The position numbers and the translations under genes were made by a program. The notes under the pieces were generated by a model, which worked only from the letters and a program-made list of their open reading frames with translations, was not told where the DNA came from and made no database searches. Positions 20,302 through 33,786 of a DNA stretch of 64,000 nucleotides are shown here, one piece after another. Location of the stretch: assembly GCA_000004985.1 (NCBI GenBank), contig GG738881.1; one strand, given 5' to 3'. The number at the start of each line of letters is the position of its first letter. The first letter of the stretch is position 1. Source of the DNA: Naegleria gruberi (taxonomy: Eukaryota).

Positions 20302-23300
20302 TTAACTAAATTGTGAGATGATACTTACTTGTTGGGCAGTCAAAAAAACTCTATCTTGAGGTTTCCTAGTAAAATTAGCAGGATCCAACAGGAAAGTACT
20401 CAATTCCTCTACTACTATCAAGAATAATCTTTCCAAAATCTTCTTGAATAAATCCTTATAACAATTTTGACTCAAAATTTCCAAAGCAGGTGTTAAAATT
20501 GGGATGAAGAGTGATGAATCTAGAAGTGCATCAGATTTGCTCTGGAAGAGATTTTTAACTTCAACTCTTGTAGAATTCTTCATCTTGGCAAGATCTTTTT
20601 TAGCATTTTGTAAAACGTAATTAATAGCATTTCTTATTGGAGCTTGGAAAATGTTAGCAGTTGCTAATGTCAAATCGAACAAAACTTCATTGAATTGTTT
20701 TGTGAATTTTTGAATTGACATGTTAGACTTTTTGGAATATTCATTTTCAATCTGTTTAGATTTTTGATTCGATTTCTTTTCAACTTCATCAAAATCAATA
20801 TCATCTCTATCATAATCTTCAAATCCAGTTTCTTCCGTAGTTTCTTCATATTCAGCCCATGAAGAAGTATCAAATATATTCTTTACAACAGATTGAAGCT
20901 CTTGTCTACATGCTTCAATGTCATTCAATCTAATCACAAAATGTTTGGTGATTGCAACAGGTAAAATATGAGTATCCTTCAAATCTTTAAATACAGACTT
21001 TGGAACAATCATATTAAAGAGAAGGTTACTTTGTTTTTGTTTTGAATCAACATTTTGGTTGGAGAGACTGTTGACATCCTCCAAACATTGATCTGAGACT
21101 TTCTTTGCATATTCTGTTGCGGTAATTCTAATAACAAGCTCTGCAAATCTTACATACAAATTGGAATCAGAAAATTCCAATTTTTGTAACAATTCAAATA
21201 TTTGATTTACAGAGGTAAAATAATCTACCACTGAGGTACTATGCATACAACTATCATTGATAGGTTCAAAAGTATCAATTGCAATACTTTGTTTGATCCA
21301 TTTGGATAACATTTCACTTAATTCTGTCATATATCTTTCAGAATAACCCTCACTAATAGATTTAGCATCAATAAATTTGAAATTAGAAAGTTCCTTAGAT
21401 GAAAAATCGTGTCTAATTTCCTCATGGAGAGGTTTCAACTTGTTACAAAGAGTGAGCATATAAAATCCATTAATGTTATCATTCTTCTTAGCGTATTGGA
21501 TATAGTTGTCCAAATTAGAGTAATAAAACGTCAGTGCCTCCATTTCAAAATTGTCGATAGAGAAAATTCCTGAAAAATAGAAAATCTCATCAATAACTTT
21601 CACTAATTCTGAGCACAGCTCTACAAGAATAGGTCCGTTCATATCTTTAAATCCAAGACTATTTTGAATCTCCTCAATAATTCCATCTAGATGTGTTTGA
21701 AAAGCTCCATTAATAATCTTCTTCAATCTCTTACTGTACTCCTTTTCAACAATTCTGTTATTATATTTACAACACAAGAGTTTGTGTACAAAAACGAAGG
21801 ATTTTAGGGCTCCTTGTGGTTCGTTCTTAGGAAACATGGTAATATATTGTTTCATAGCTTTCTCAATCTTTTTCAAAAGTGTTTCTGTCAAGTCAAAATA
21901 TCTGTTTCTTTCAGTTTGTGTCATTGGGAAATATTTGCTTTGTAAATTGTTATCAAGCAATTCCAAACACTTTTGTAAATCATCAGAAAATGTGATTGCC
22001 AACTTAATATTGGATGCAAACACTTCCAAATATAACAATCTCTTATATGTCTCTGTGATACCATATCTCTTCTCAAAATCATTTAAAATCCAACCTTGAC
22101 TAGGACACATAAAATCTTCACAGTCAGAATCTTGTAACTTCTCTCGATTTTTAACTAAAGATTTCAATGTAAATTTGTACAATTTAATCCAATCAATTCT
22201 ACTCTCCTTAGAAAAATCAGTAATTACATCGACCTTACATGGATATCTTCTAAAAGTAGCTTTCATGCATACTGAAATACATCCTATAACTTCATTTTCA
22301 TTCTTAGAATCACGAGGATGTGGATGTAAATCAATAGTTTCAGAAATTTGGGCACTTCCCCAAACACCACTTGAGGTATAAGCTTGTGTCATTATAGAGG
22401 AAATTCGTAGCTTTGTAGTACCAAAATGAATCTTCTTCAATCCTCCAAGCTGGAAATAATAAAATTCTATAGACATATCTTGATCCTCGCATGATGTCGA
22501 AATGGTATGAGAAAGAGTCTCTGGAATTTCAATATCGATTGCATTCTTAATGTTCATAGCAAATTTACTACAATCAATTTTTTCAGATTCTATAATGGTC
22601 TGTTGTGTACTCTTTGAATCTTTCAGATAGCATATTTTGTAACAAATTACTTGATTTGTGGTGATCTCTGTGAATATGTGTTAGTTTCCAATAAAATAAT
22701 AAGGTGAACTTACTTTTAAAAGCCTTTTGCAAATCAATAGTAACCATATTAAACTTGAAATTCAAAGTTCCCAAAAATGGAACAGCTCTCTGTTGGTCTA
22801 TAGAATTTAAAATTAAAGAAATTTGATTGAGTTCATCTTTTTTCCAAGACTGATATTCAGTTTCTTTTGAGAAAATTTTCTTATAATACATTGGGTTTAA
22901 ATCATTTTCAGCCATATATTTTCTGAATAATATTACATTCTTTACCAAATCACTTCCATTGGTATTTCTCATAATTTTACTTCGTTGAGGAAAATATTGA
23001 GTATCAACTGTTTTCCAAATCTTATCAAATTCACTATTCGAAACTGTATTAGCAAATGAAATTTTCAAAGTATTTTTCAATAATTCCAAATCTATATCAT
23101 TCGATATTTCCAACTTGTCAGTCTTACTATTTACATTAATTTGTGGAAATAAAGGCATATAAATACATTGAACGCACATTCTAAGTGCTTCCATCATTTC
23201 AAATTTTGTAAATTCTTCAAATGAATCATCTTTATCCAAATTATCCAATTGTTTCAAAAAATCTCCCAAATTGATTGTATCAATAGCAATTTCAGATTCT

Positions 23301-23656
23301 TGATTATCATTTGATTTTGCACTTGTTGTTGCACTTTTAGTAGGTGGTTTCCTAAAGCTAAGCCACTCCGAGAAGGAAATTCCCTGCTTTTGATTATTTA
23401 CATCTCTCTTCTCCTTCTTTCTACGTGGCGTAATTTCTCTAATTTCATTCCCGATAGCTGATGTAATATTCTTCGGATTTGGAATGGCAGACAACAAGCC
23501 AGAGAAGAATTTTGTTGAAGTTGAATTAAAAGCCGTCACTGGTTTAATCCGTTGATGACTATTATTCATACTAAGAGTGCTACTATTATTTAGATCGGTA
23601 GTGCCACTACCAACATTAGAAGCCAAAGAAGAGGAAGAAGGCTTGGTTTTGAGCAT
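20302..23656 (-). CDS. Large conserved-looking protein (~1100 aa) in two exons joined by a 46-nt intron at ~22657-22702. Possible C2/MUN-like architecture, unverified.
   Basis: The minus strand reads ...CAAAAGGCTTTTAAAA|GTAAGTTCACC...ATTCACAG|AGATCACC. Removing the intron puts the 357-aa and 751-aa ORFs in one frame (..DLQKAFK-KITTNQ...SKFAMNIKNAIDIEIPE..). Confidence 0.45.
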
Positions 23657-24454
23657 TTTTTTTTGAATTGGAAATTGTTGTAAAAAAAGGTGTTGATTTT
23701 TTGATTGTCAACGTCTAATTTTAATCATAAGAAAGGAATGAAGTTAGATGAGTTGTCGGATGAACGATTTACAGGAAATCCATGTAATTTTGACAAAATT
23801 CTTTAAAATAATTTAGATAATTCAAATATTTCTTATATGAATAATTAAATAGTGGGCTTATCTTCTCGTCAAAATTTCAAAAATAGTTCAAAACTATTCT
23901 TATCAGCCCTTAATTGCATAAATTTTGGAGCAAGTAGTTAGTTAATACTGGAATTGATGAAACACCAACGACAAAAGAGACACGGTCCTATCTTGGAAGA
24001 ATATTTATTGAATTCTGATAGTCACAGAAGAGAATTGTTGAAACAAAACGGTGTTTTGGATGAATTGCTCGATATTGCCATTAAGATCAAACATGAACAT
24101 GGCTATTGGTGGCAGATACAATGATAATACAGTCTATTAGAATGTCTCTTTAAAAAAGAAAATGAATATAACATGGTTAAGAAATATGATGGACATGAAG
24201 TATTTGACTTTAGATTTTCAAATACTGGGAATTTTACTCTAGCCTATTTAATTACCTACAAATTTTGTAAATAATAAATTTTTTACAAAATATTAAGCTT
24301 ACTGGAAAAATTGTATAATCTACCAGTATCCATTGTTATCCTATCCATTCAATAATAATAAGGATAATACAATATTTGATATTAAATTGTGAAATCCATA
24401 TGTTGTATTTGTGTTTGTAACGGCTTTCCAATAAATGTTTAAAAATAAAAAAAA

Positions 24455-24945
24455 ATGAGTTCATCAACTAGTGCTGAATCATCCGCTGTTGCTGATGTTG
24501 CTAAGATTGAATCTATGAGCGCAGCTGAAAGATTGGAACAAAGAAAGAAGAGATTTGCTAATGTTAGTATTTTATATTATGATGATGGAAATTCTCATCA
24601 AGAATTTTTAAAAAATTAATTTGATCATGTTTTGTCATCATCAAATCTTAACATCAATTAACACCATGATAGGCCGCAGCCACAACTGGTGAATCAACAA
24701 CAACTAGTGAAGCCACCACAAGTGAATTAACTGAAGAAGAAAAGATCAAGAAACGTAAAGAAAGATTTGCTTCTTCCGATTTGGAAAGAATGACCAATCA
24801 AGCCCTAGGAACTGAAGGAGTTGAAAAGAAGAAGAAAGGTAGAGGAATTCATAAACAAAACAAGACTGGAGGTCGTGGAGGTAAATCAAATCGTGGAAGA
24901 GGTGGAAAGAGAGGTGGTCGTGGTCGTGGAGGTAAAAAGAACTAA
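24455..24945 (+). CDS. Small basic protein with KRxERF repeats and an RGG tail, resembling the Tho1/MOS11/SARNP C-terminal motif. Two exons (24455-24562 and 24673-24945).
   Basis: Both exons are too short for the ORF track. Exon 1 ends ...RKKRFAN|GTTAGT. Exon 2 follows ...GATAG| and encodes EEEKIKKRKERFASSDLERM ... GGRGGKSNRGRGGKRGGRGRGGKKN. Confidence 0.4.
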
Positions 24946-25096
24946 GTCCTAAGCAATTTAATATTAAATAAAAGAATTTATAAGTTTCCAATGTGTTTGA
25001 GTAAAAGCCCATTCATGGTAGAACTCGAATGTACAAATGATGATGACATTTCGAAAAATTGAGTGTATATTATGTGTGTTAAAATTATTACTAGAA

Positions 25097-25725
25097 TTAC
25101 TTTTGAGTGGCAGCATTCAATTCCTTTTCAGATTCCAAAAGACCAGTACCCTTGAAGTGACGAAGTTGGGCATTGTATACTGGATATTGGAAACGAGTTG
25201 TAGAATTGTAGAACTTTTCATAAGCATTGAATTCAGGTTCTCCCTTCATCAATTCCTCAACCTTCTTTAAGAAGGCTCTTCTTTGTAAAGTAAAAGCAAT
25301 ATCATGTTCGGCTTGTAAGAAAGGTGTCATAGCTAATTCGAGAACTTCTCTTTCCTTCTTCAATTCACTATTTAAATATATTATCATCATAAATTTTCCA
25401 ATTAATTTCCATTCAATATATCTACAATTACTATTAATAATAACACTTACTCTCTCTTCTTGATCCATTTATAATAACGATACCAACCGTAAGCCATCAC
25501 TGCTGTGGAGATGAAGAGGAAAGTTCCTATGGACCAAAACTTGTTTGGAGAGTTTCTTCTAACTCTTACAGCTGGGAAACCACCTTGTGGAGCAACATCT
25601 TGGTTCAATTCAAGTGGGTTTTGAACAAGAGGACCCATATTTGCAATTTTGCTGTTGTTTCCATCAACAGCAGCACGTTTTGGCAAGAGGGAAGAAGCAC
25701 CTCGAATAACTCTTCTACTCATCAT
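25097..25725 (-). CDS. ndufa13: NADH dehydrogenase [ubiquinone] 1 alpha subcomplex subunit 13 (GRIM-19/B16.6), two exons with an ~83-nt intron at ~25368-25450.
   Basis: QDVAPQGGFPAVRVRRNSPNKFWSIGTF aligns with GRIM-19 [26 protein letters not shown]. The TM helix and the LQAEHD (LQAETD) block are conserved. The intron reads GTAAGTG...AAATAG. Confidence 0.85.
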
Positions 25726-26124
25726 TTTTTATTTTAAATGAAAAAAATTTATTCCAATAGAAAATAATAGTAATAATATTAATAATAAATACCAATACTA
25801 TTGAACAAATGTAATTGTTATAATCGTGTTATATGAATATGGAATGATTAAAGTAAATTCTTATTTGTATGATTTGAATATTATTATCTTTTAAAAGATT
25901 CAATGCCTGCAAAAATAAAAATTTTCAATGATGTTTTGAATATTTTCCAATGACCTTGAATCTCCAACAATAAAATCATATCCAAATTAATTACATTCTC
26001 TAAAGTATGGAAGCATCTTGTATTTGAAGATAATCTTCCTCTATAATATTAATAATAGAATCAAAGGCTTTGTTGAGTTTTTCTTTGCTGGCTTGTGGTG
26101 TGTTGTAAAATTGAAGAACAAAAA

Positions 26125-27359
26125 ATGAGCCAAAAGCTAAGCGCTGCCAACACAATTTCTCAACAACAACAACAACAAGATGTTGTTCCTGTCCAAGAAT
26201 TTGGAAAGGACTTTATCGAAAAGATGGAAAATGCTCCACCTGTTACTGAAGTTTCCATCGATGCTATGGTATTGTTGAAAATGATTAATCACTGTACCGA
26301 AAAAGTTCCAATTCAAGTCACCGGACAACTCTTAGGTTTGGATAATGAAGGCGTTTTGGAAGTTACAAATTGTTTCCCATTCCCATCATCATCATCATAT
26401 AACGAAAGTATGTTTTATTAATTATAAGAATATAGAATATTCTAAACAAATTTGAACCTTTAACAAAAACAACAGGTATTTCTGAAGAAGAAAGAAACGA
26501 TCAAGATGATAAATATCAAATTGATATGTTACAATGTCTTACGGATGTTAATGTTGATAACAATACTGTTGGTTGGTACCAATCTACTTACATGGATAGT
26601 TTTATGAATGCTACAACTATTGCTAATCAATACCAATATCAAAGAACTCTCGGAAATAAGCGATGCATTCACTTAGTTTTTGATCCATTGAGAACTAGAC
26701 GTGGTGAATTATTTGTTAAAGCTTATCGTCTTTCTGATAAATTCATTGAAGCTGTTAAAATTTCATACTTACAACAAACTGAACTTTCAAGTATGAAAAA
26801 GAAATACGATTTAAAGAATAAGAATAAGAAAGAAGATATTGAAGTACTTACTGAAAAGGAAAAATTACCAGAATCAATTGAAAAAATTCAAATCACACAA
26901 GAAATTTTGGCTACATTGAACCTCTCTGATAAGGATATTTTCGATGAATTACCAATTCAAATCCATAACTATGCCTTGGTTCAAGCTTTCCTCTTAGATT
27001 TTGAAAATGATGAACCATCTCATCTCTTGGCTGGTTATGATAGCTTGGATATGGCTAATACTCAATTCTTGACACGTGGATTGGAAAGTCTTATTGAATA
27101 TGCTGATAGCTTATCAGTCCAACAACATCGTTACCAATTATATCAAAAGAAATTGGCTCAACAAAAACAAAACGCCAAGAAGAAGGATAAGACACAAGAA
27201 GAACAAGAATTTATGTTAAAGTCTGTTCAACAACCAGATCAACTTGATTATTTGATGATTGCCAACCAATTAGGAAATGCTTGCGACCAAATGACTTCGT
27301 TCTCCTCTCAATCTATCAACTTGAGCAAAATTGCTGAGCTCGGAATGAAAAAGGAATAA
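26125..27359 (+). CDS. eif3h: Eukaryotic translation initiation factor 3 subunit H (MPN domain), exons ~26125-26407 and ~26476-27359.
   Basis: The MPN block [45 protein letters not shown] is followed by [23 protein letters not shown]. Both are diagnostic of eIF3h. The intron reads GTATGT...AACAG in phase 1. Confidence 0.85.
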
Positions 27360-27392
27360 ATTCCATACAATAATTTATTAAGATTTTGTATT

Positions 27393-27904
27393 TTATAAAT
27401 TAAACTTTAATTTGATTTCGTCTATTGGATCCATAGAAATATGTTCCACATCTATCTCTTCTTGAACTTCATCCTCTGCAATAATTTCATCAACAGGGAA
27501 GGAGAATTCGCTTGTTTGAATTGGCTTTTCGTGGAGATACTCTTCGTCTTCATCTTCAGCTTCCTCGAACATGTTGCTGGAACTGACTGATTTACAGCTG
27601 AGCACAACTTGTCATAATTTAACAATGATTTTCCTTCTTCTTTCTTTCTTCTTTCTTCTTGGATTGTGTGTGAGATTTTCACACCAATTAAAAAACTACC
27701 AACTAGAGTTATGGTGATTATTTGGAGAAAATTAGATGAAACTGAAATAATAGAAAATAAATGAGCACCATTTGCAACCTCATCAATTACTACACAAGAA
27801 ACCTCTTTTGCTACAAGGAATACACCATAAATAGTCCATCCAAGCCTAATTAATAGGAATAATATTGAAGTAAAAATCATTCTTTTGAAATTATAATGAA
27901 TCAA
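27393..27904 (-). CDS. Hypothetical membrane protein with an acidic C-terminal tail. The two overlapping ORFs and possible 5' exons at 27900-28110 leave the model unresolved.
   Basis: ORF track. TM-rich 150-aa ORF and a D/E-rich 70-aa ORF in another frame. Confidence 0.3.
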
Positions 27905-28116
27905 CTGAAAAACTCAAACTCACTTTTTTCCCTTAACAAACAGAACTACAGAACAGCAAACAAACGAGGCACAAGCATTGACTAACAACCATGACCAAAT
28001 AGGTTGGTCACATTTAGAACATTCCTTATAGTACACAACCAACAGTACTATCGAAGTGAGTAGGAACAGTAAATCCCATACAAATATTATAATGTTCGTT
28101 CTATGTTATTGGTTAT

Positions 28117-28446
28117 TCAATTAATCCAAAACAAAACATACAATCCAGCTTTCACTCTTTTCTTTATACTATCCTTAATTTTTGTATACTTCGGAGGTGA
28201 AAGTAATTGAGGGTTAAAATCTTGCAGTTCAGGTCTTCCATATTGAATTTTTTCTTCTTCCTCGGAATCGCTATCATCCGATCTATTATCCAAATCAATC
28301 TTGTTATTTTGATTTGAAGGATCATCCCCTCTATCTTGTAATTCCAATATTATTTCTTCTGAGGGTGGTATTGATTGACTTCTGAGGGTATCCTGAATCA
28401 TTTTTTTTTTTGATTGAAAAATTGTACTTTTTTTAGGCGGGATCAA
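28117..28446 (-). CDS. Hypothetical small acidic protein.
   Basis: ORF track only. Confidence 0.25.
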   Translation of the reverse strand: MIPPKKSTIFQSKKKMIQDTLRSQSIPPSEEIILELQDRGDDPSNQNNKIDLDNRSDDSDSEEEEKIQYGRPELQDFNPQLLSPPKYTKIKDSIKKRVKAGLYVLFWIN

Positions 28447-28457
28447 GATTAAAAAAA

Positions 28458-29363
28458 ATGCTCACACATCAAACTTCTCTCTTCCGAAGTGTTGTCAGAA
28501 GAAGCTTTTGTTCGTCATCATCACTGCTGTTATTAACAAGGAGAAATTTTACCACAACAATAATTTTAAATAATAATCAGGAAAAAACAAGAGTTAGACC
28601 GTTGACAGAGAAGGACAAACTTAAACAGAGACAAATTAATTTCGAGAAGAGGCTGAAGGAATTGGATGACTCTGCTATCGATCTAGGTAATAATGAAACT
28701 TTGAATCAACCACCAAAAAGTTTTGAACAGAGATTGAAGGAATTAGAAAGAAATGCAACTACAACAAAATCCAAAGTTCCGAAATGGCTTAAAGAACATC
28801 ATACAAGACATCCAACACCATATTCGATATATGTGAAACAGTGTTGGAAAAATGCAATTGAACATTATGAAAACAACAAGGAACATTTTGATAATTTATT
28901 TCCAAATTTCGAGAAACGAAAGAATTTGATGATTTCAAAAATATTAGCACTTCAGTGGAAAACATTGAAAGAAGAGGATAAAAAAATATATTACGATACT
29001 CATGAGGAGATTAAAAAAGCAAATCCTTTACCAATCGTGGATGATAAACCAGAGTGGAAGAAAATTAAAAGACCAAGAACAGCTTTCCTACATTTCAAGA
29101 TGGATATTTTCCAGAGTGTGAAATCTCAATTTGCAAGCTACAACATCCAACAATTGAATTTTATTATTTCTGAAATGTATAAAAAATTACCAGAGGATAA
29201 GTTGGAATATTACAGAGGACTTTGCTCTAAAGAAAGAAGCCAGTATTATAAACTAAAAGAAGAAACGATAAATAAGCATAAGAAGCCAACAGAGGAAATC
29301 AAACAGGAGGATTATGAAAATGAGGAAGAGGATGATGAATACGAAAGTGATGAATTTTATTAA
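28458..29363 (+). CDS. Mitochondrially targeted protein with two HMG boxes (TFAM/Abf2-like).
   Basis: The N-terminus MLTHQTSLFRSVVRRSFCSSSSLLLLTRRNF looks like a presequence. The two HMG-box-like segments are KVPKWLKEHHTRHPTPYSIYVKQCWK... and KRPRTAFLHFKMDIFQSVKSQF.... Confidence 0.6.
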   Translation: MLTHQTSLFRSVVRRSFCSSSSLLLLTRRNFTTTIILNNNQEKTRVRPLTEKDKLKQRQINFEKRLKELDDSAIDLGNNETLNQPPKSFEQRLKELERNATTTKSKVPKWLKEHHTRHPTPYSIYVKQCWKNAIEHYENNKEHFDNLFPNFEKRKNLMISKILALQWKTLKEEDKKIYYDTHEEIKKANPLPIVDDKPEWKKIKRPRTAFLHFKMDIFQSVKSQFASYNIQQLNFIISEMYKKLPEDKLEYYRGLCSKERSQYYKLKEETINKHKKPTEEIKQEDYENEEEDDEYESDEFY

Positions 29364-29404
29364 ACTCTTAGGTTTTAAAACAAAGACTATTTATTTGTAT
29401 TCGA

Positions 29405-32400
29405 TTATTGGAGTGAATAGGTAATTAAATACTTTGGATAAGCTTGTGAATTTTTGTAAACAATGAAAATATCACTTCCACCAGTATTTCCCTTCACACT
29501 GTCATATCTTACAGCAGAGTTTGGCTTGAGAGGAGGAATTCTAATATTACTATTTGAACTACAACTGTGAAAATCACCTGTTAACACTTCAGCAAGGAAA
29601 AATTTTCTGTAATTAGTACCTGGAACGGGAAAAGCATAGCCATTAGAATAACTTGCATTGACAGCAAAATAACATCCAATTCCCCACATTCCAGTATTTG
29701 AAAATCTCATGTCAAATCCTTCATGACCATCATAGATAATGCTTGGATCTGTACTTCTTGTTCCATGGAACAATAATTGAGGATCGGTTGAATATTGTCC
29801 ATTTGAATCAATCTTAATCTTGTTGATTCTATCTTGTTCAGTTTTATAACTTTGATAAACCAATTGATTTTGAACTTTTTCAATATTTTGAATCACTGCA
29901 TTTGGAATGGTCAATTTAATTCTATCATTGATCATTTTCCATTCATTACTTGATTGAGATAAATTGATGAGAATTACATTTGAAGTTTGAAGCTGCCAAT
30001 CTTGAGGATAACTGAATTTACTCAACAATTCAGGTTTATCAGCAATGGTCAAGAGAGCATATTCCTTAAATTTGTCAACTGTATACTTGAATCCAGTAAT
30101 TGTAAATGGTGATACGTTCATATCAATCTTTAACATTCCATTATCAAATTTTGCTTTCATTGATGCATGTTCTGATAGAATGTGATCAATTACAAACTTG
30201 TTACATGATTTTGTTAAGGACTCGGTAATGTAGCTTTCTTTGATATTATTTCTAAAATTAAGCTCGAATGATTGAACATCTGAAGCTTCTCCATAAAGTC
30301 TGAATGAATAAACAGATTCAGTTACGCTTGCATATTTAGTTTTGCTAACTGATTTAACAATTTGAATGGGAACAGTATCAGTAATTAGTATTCTGTTATG
30401 AGCAGATCCACTCACAAATGTGTAATGATTGTCATCTTGATCATAAACATACAAGATGGAATTCTTATTCAAATCTGATGCAACATCAATGTTACACTTC
30501 ACAATTTTTTGAATTGGTATCCTCTTAACTCTTCTTACATATTGAGTTTGTGAGTTGACTTGAACGTGCTCTTCTTTAAGGTAATCGAATTTCACAAAAT
30601 ATTTGATATCTTCAGAGGTATACTTTTCATTAGTCATCAGTACATTACATTCAGTATTTCTTTCATTATAGCTCCTTTCAATTTCTTTCATTTGATTTTC
30701 TCTATAAGGATTCCATGTCTTGTTATCATCAGCCAACCATAGCCATAAAGCAGTCAAATGTTCAGTATCCATTGTTGGAACATAAATAATCTTTCTCTTA
30801 AATTTAGAAGAATTTTCAATTTGTTCCATCTTGTCAAAGTCAATTTGGTACTTTTTACCTTGTTCCGCATTCAAAATGAAAGTTGACTTGGGATCTTTTT
30901 CATATTCTTGACATAATTTACGATTATCATTCACTGTGAATGGCAAATACATCTTTTTGATATCATCAAAATATTTGAAACATCCAACATATTCATCTTG
31001 TTCAATTTCAATAAATGAGGAATCATTCTTTGTATCTAATGTATAGACTAGATCTGTTTGTAATAAGTTGATAGATTTTGAGAATGATTCAGTAACTGTA
31101 TTAATATCACCAATCAGTATAATTTCCCTCAAACATGATAATTGTGGTGCATATTTGTAAATTGTTCTGACAATGATATCAGTTGATTGATCAAGTGGGA
31201 ATCCAAATATTCCAGATGAAAGTGCAGGAATAATGATTGAACAATATCCATCCTTTTCTGCTTGAGTCAAAATATTCACAACTGTTTGTTCAAGTAAACT
31301 ACATGAGTTAAGATGATTATTTGAATCATACATTGGAGGAATGGCATTATAAATCTTTGAGAGGTAACTGAGATTTCCAGCAGTTGTTGGAACTACATCA
31401 CCTGGTTTGAGTTTAAGAGAGGTGGTAATATTTTTACATTCTTGATCAAATTGTTTTCCACATTTCTCTAAACATTGAGCAGCAATTCCTCCACCATGTG
31501 CCAATTGGTCATTTGCACTGTTAACAAGTACTTGAGCTTTCCATTTCTTATCAAACATGTCACCTTGACAAATGTAAATAAATGAATTCTCAATTTTGTG
31601 AACTTCCTTGATTCCACTGTCAAGTTTCTTTTCCAAAACAACCTTACCCTTTGTCTCAATATTCTTTTCTGAAAAGAATTTGAATTCATCATGTTGCATT
31701 CTAATAAAGTCAACCAATACTTTCTTTCTCACTTCCATCATTACTCTGTGATAGGAATTGTCAATGAATTTGTACATATCTTGAGATGGTGCAACTAATG
31801 TAATTGATAGTCCTTGTTCTAAAATCTTTACATTATTTTGTTGAACTGACTTGAGAAGTGGTAATGCAAGATTCTTTTCAATAATATTATTAAAAGTCAA
31901 TTTGATTCTCTTTTCTTTTGATTGCAAAAGTTCAGATTCAATTCTTGATTTCACTTCCTTCACATCTTCATCTCTTAATCCCTTGATATAAAAAGTCTTC
32001 TTATTTGAATCAAAATCAACATTAATTGATGAAATATCCTTCTTGAACTTGTCAATCTTGGTTTTAACAGTTACCTTTTTCAGTAAATGTTCATTGACTT
32101 GTTTTGCTTGAACAATATCAGAGCTTCCTTTCAACAATTCACTCAATTCATTTCTAATCTTCATTTCATTTTCTTGATTTTCAACAATAGCAAATAAAAT
32201 AATAATGTTCTTTGACTTTTCAGGTGCCAAAACTGTTGAGGCAGTTTGAATTTCTGTTAATTGCTCAAAATATTTCTCACCTTCCTTTTTAACATCTTCT
32301 TTCAAAGAGGCATGGATAAATTGTAATTCCAATTTAACACTTTTAATTTTCTTAAGCTCTGCTTGCAATAATTGTCTTGCCTTTTTAGGTACATTTAATA

Positions 32401-33755
32401 CGATCATCTTACTGGCATCCTTTTCGTCTCTCTTGCATTTGAATTCAATTTGGCCACTCTTTAATAAGTGAGAGCTGAACTTTCTCAAGAACTTATATTG
32501 TGTAGTTTCTATAGTTACTGGATTCTTTGTATCACCCTTCTTAATCTTGTTAAAAACTTTGTATTCACTTTCACTCTTCAAAGTACATTCAATTTGAAAG
32601 TTTTCATTTTGTTTGGTATATTTAAATTGAATATTTTTGTTAAACAATTCCTTTTTTGTAGCATCAAAATCATCCTTTGGAATTGAAAACTTAATTTTGA
32701 ACAAATCAATAATTAATTGATTGTTATATATATCACTCAATGAAGTTAAGTGCCAAGTAGTGAAATTTTTCTTGGATTCTTCAATATATAAATATACACC
32801 TGGTGGCAATTTCTTTTGAACTTGGTCTTTCTTTTCATTGCTATTTTCATAATAAAATTCGACGAATCTTGCAGGTTGCAATAACTTGATAACAAGATTT
32901 TGTAAATATTGTTGAACATTTTGAATATTTGGTTGTGTTGGTTGAATTTTGAAAGTAATTGTCTTATCTTTGATCTCAAATGAATTGTTTGTACCACCAG
33001 ACATTTGTGATAACTCTCTTCTCAAGTCATCACTGAAGAATTTATCCAAGGCAACTGCTTTGATTCCAGTTGGAATTTCAATAGAATAAACTCCAGCAAC
33101 AGTTTTCTTTGGCTTATTGTCAATGGTAATTTCAAGTGGTTCATTATAATACTTGATGGAAGAACATTTTTCTTTGATTATCTTGGCAATACCATATGTT
33201 GAAATATTGACCCAAATAAGTTGTTTCTTCTTATTGGTAGTGAGTACAGGTTTAACTTTTTCTTCATTAAGAATGTTTCCAACTAATTCTGGAACAGTCA
33301 ACTTGATATTGAAGAGTACATCATTAAAATCAACACCAAGAGGGAATACAATACGAACAGCTTCAGTTACAACGGCACTAGATGTTGAATCAAACGAAGT
33401 GGAAGAACTAGGTGATACTTCTCTATCACTAAAGTTATCAATTGGTGTTTGAGGAGTTGAACTAATTCTTTGATTCATTCTCAAAGGATCAATTTGAATG
33501 TTAGTCATTTGTTGATTCATCATTTGACTATTATTCATAGTGTTATAATAGGTATTGTTGTTTGGATTACCATAATTATTATTGGTATTCATAGGTTGGT
33601 TATAATTCATAGAAATTTGATTAGTATTGCCATAATTATGCATACTACTACCAGTACTATTATAATTCAAAAGCAATTGTTGATTACCACCACCCATTGT
33701 ATTACTAATAGGATGAACCATGGTTTGATCATAAGGATTGTTCATACCATAACCA

Positions 33756-33786
<31 letters not shown>

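Noticed and set aside
24455-27360. Idea of a functional RNA-processing cluster (MOS11-like, eIF3h, LSm4, NXF-like, RBM22-like within 30 kb).
   Set aside because: Eukaryotic genes are not organised in operons. Their co-occurrence among ~45 housekeeping genes is most simply chance.
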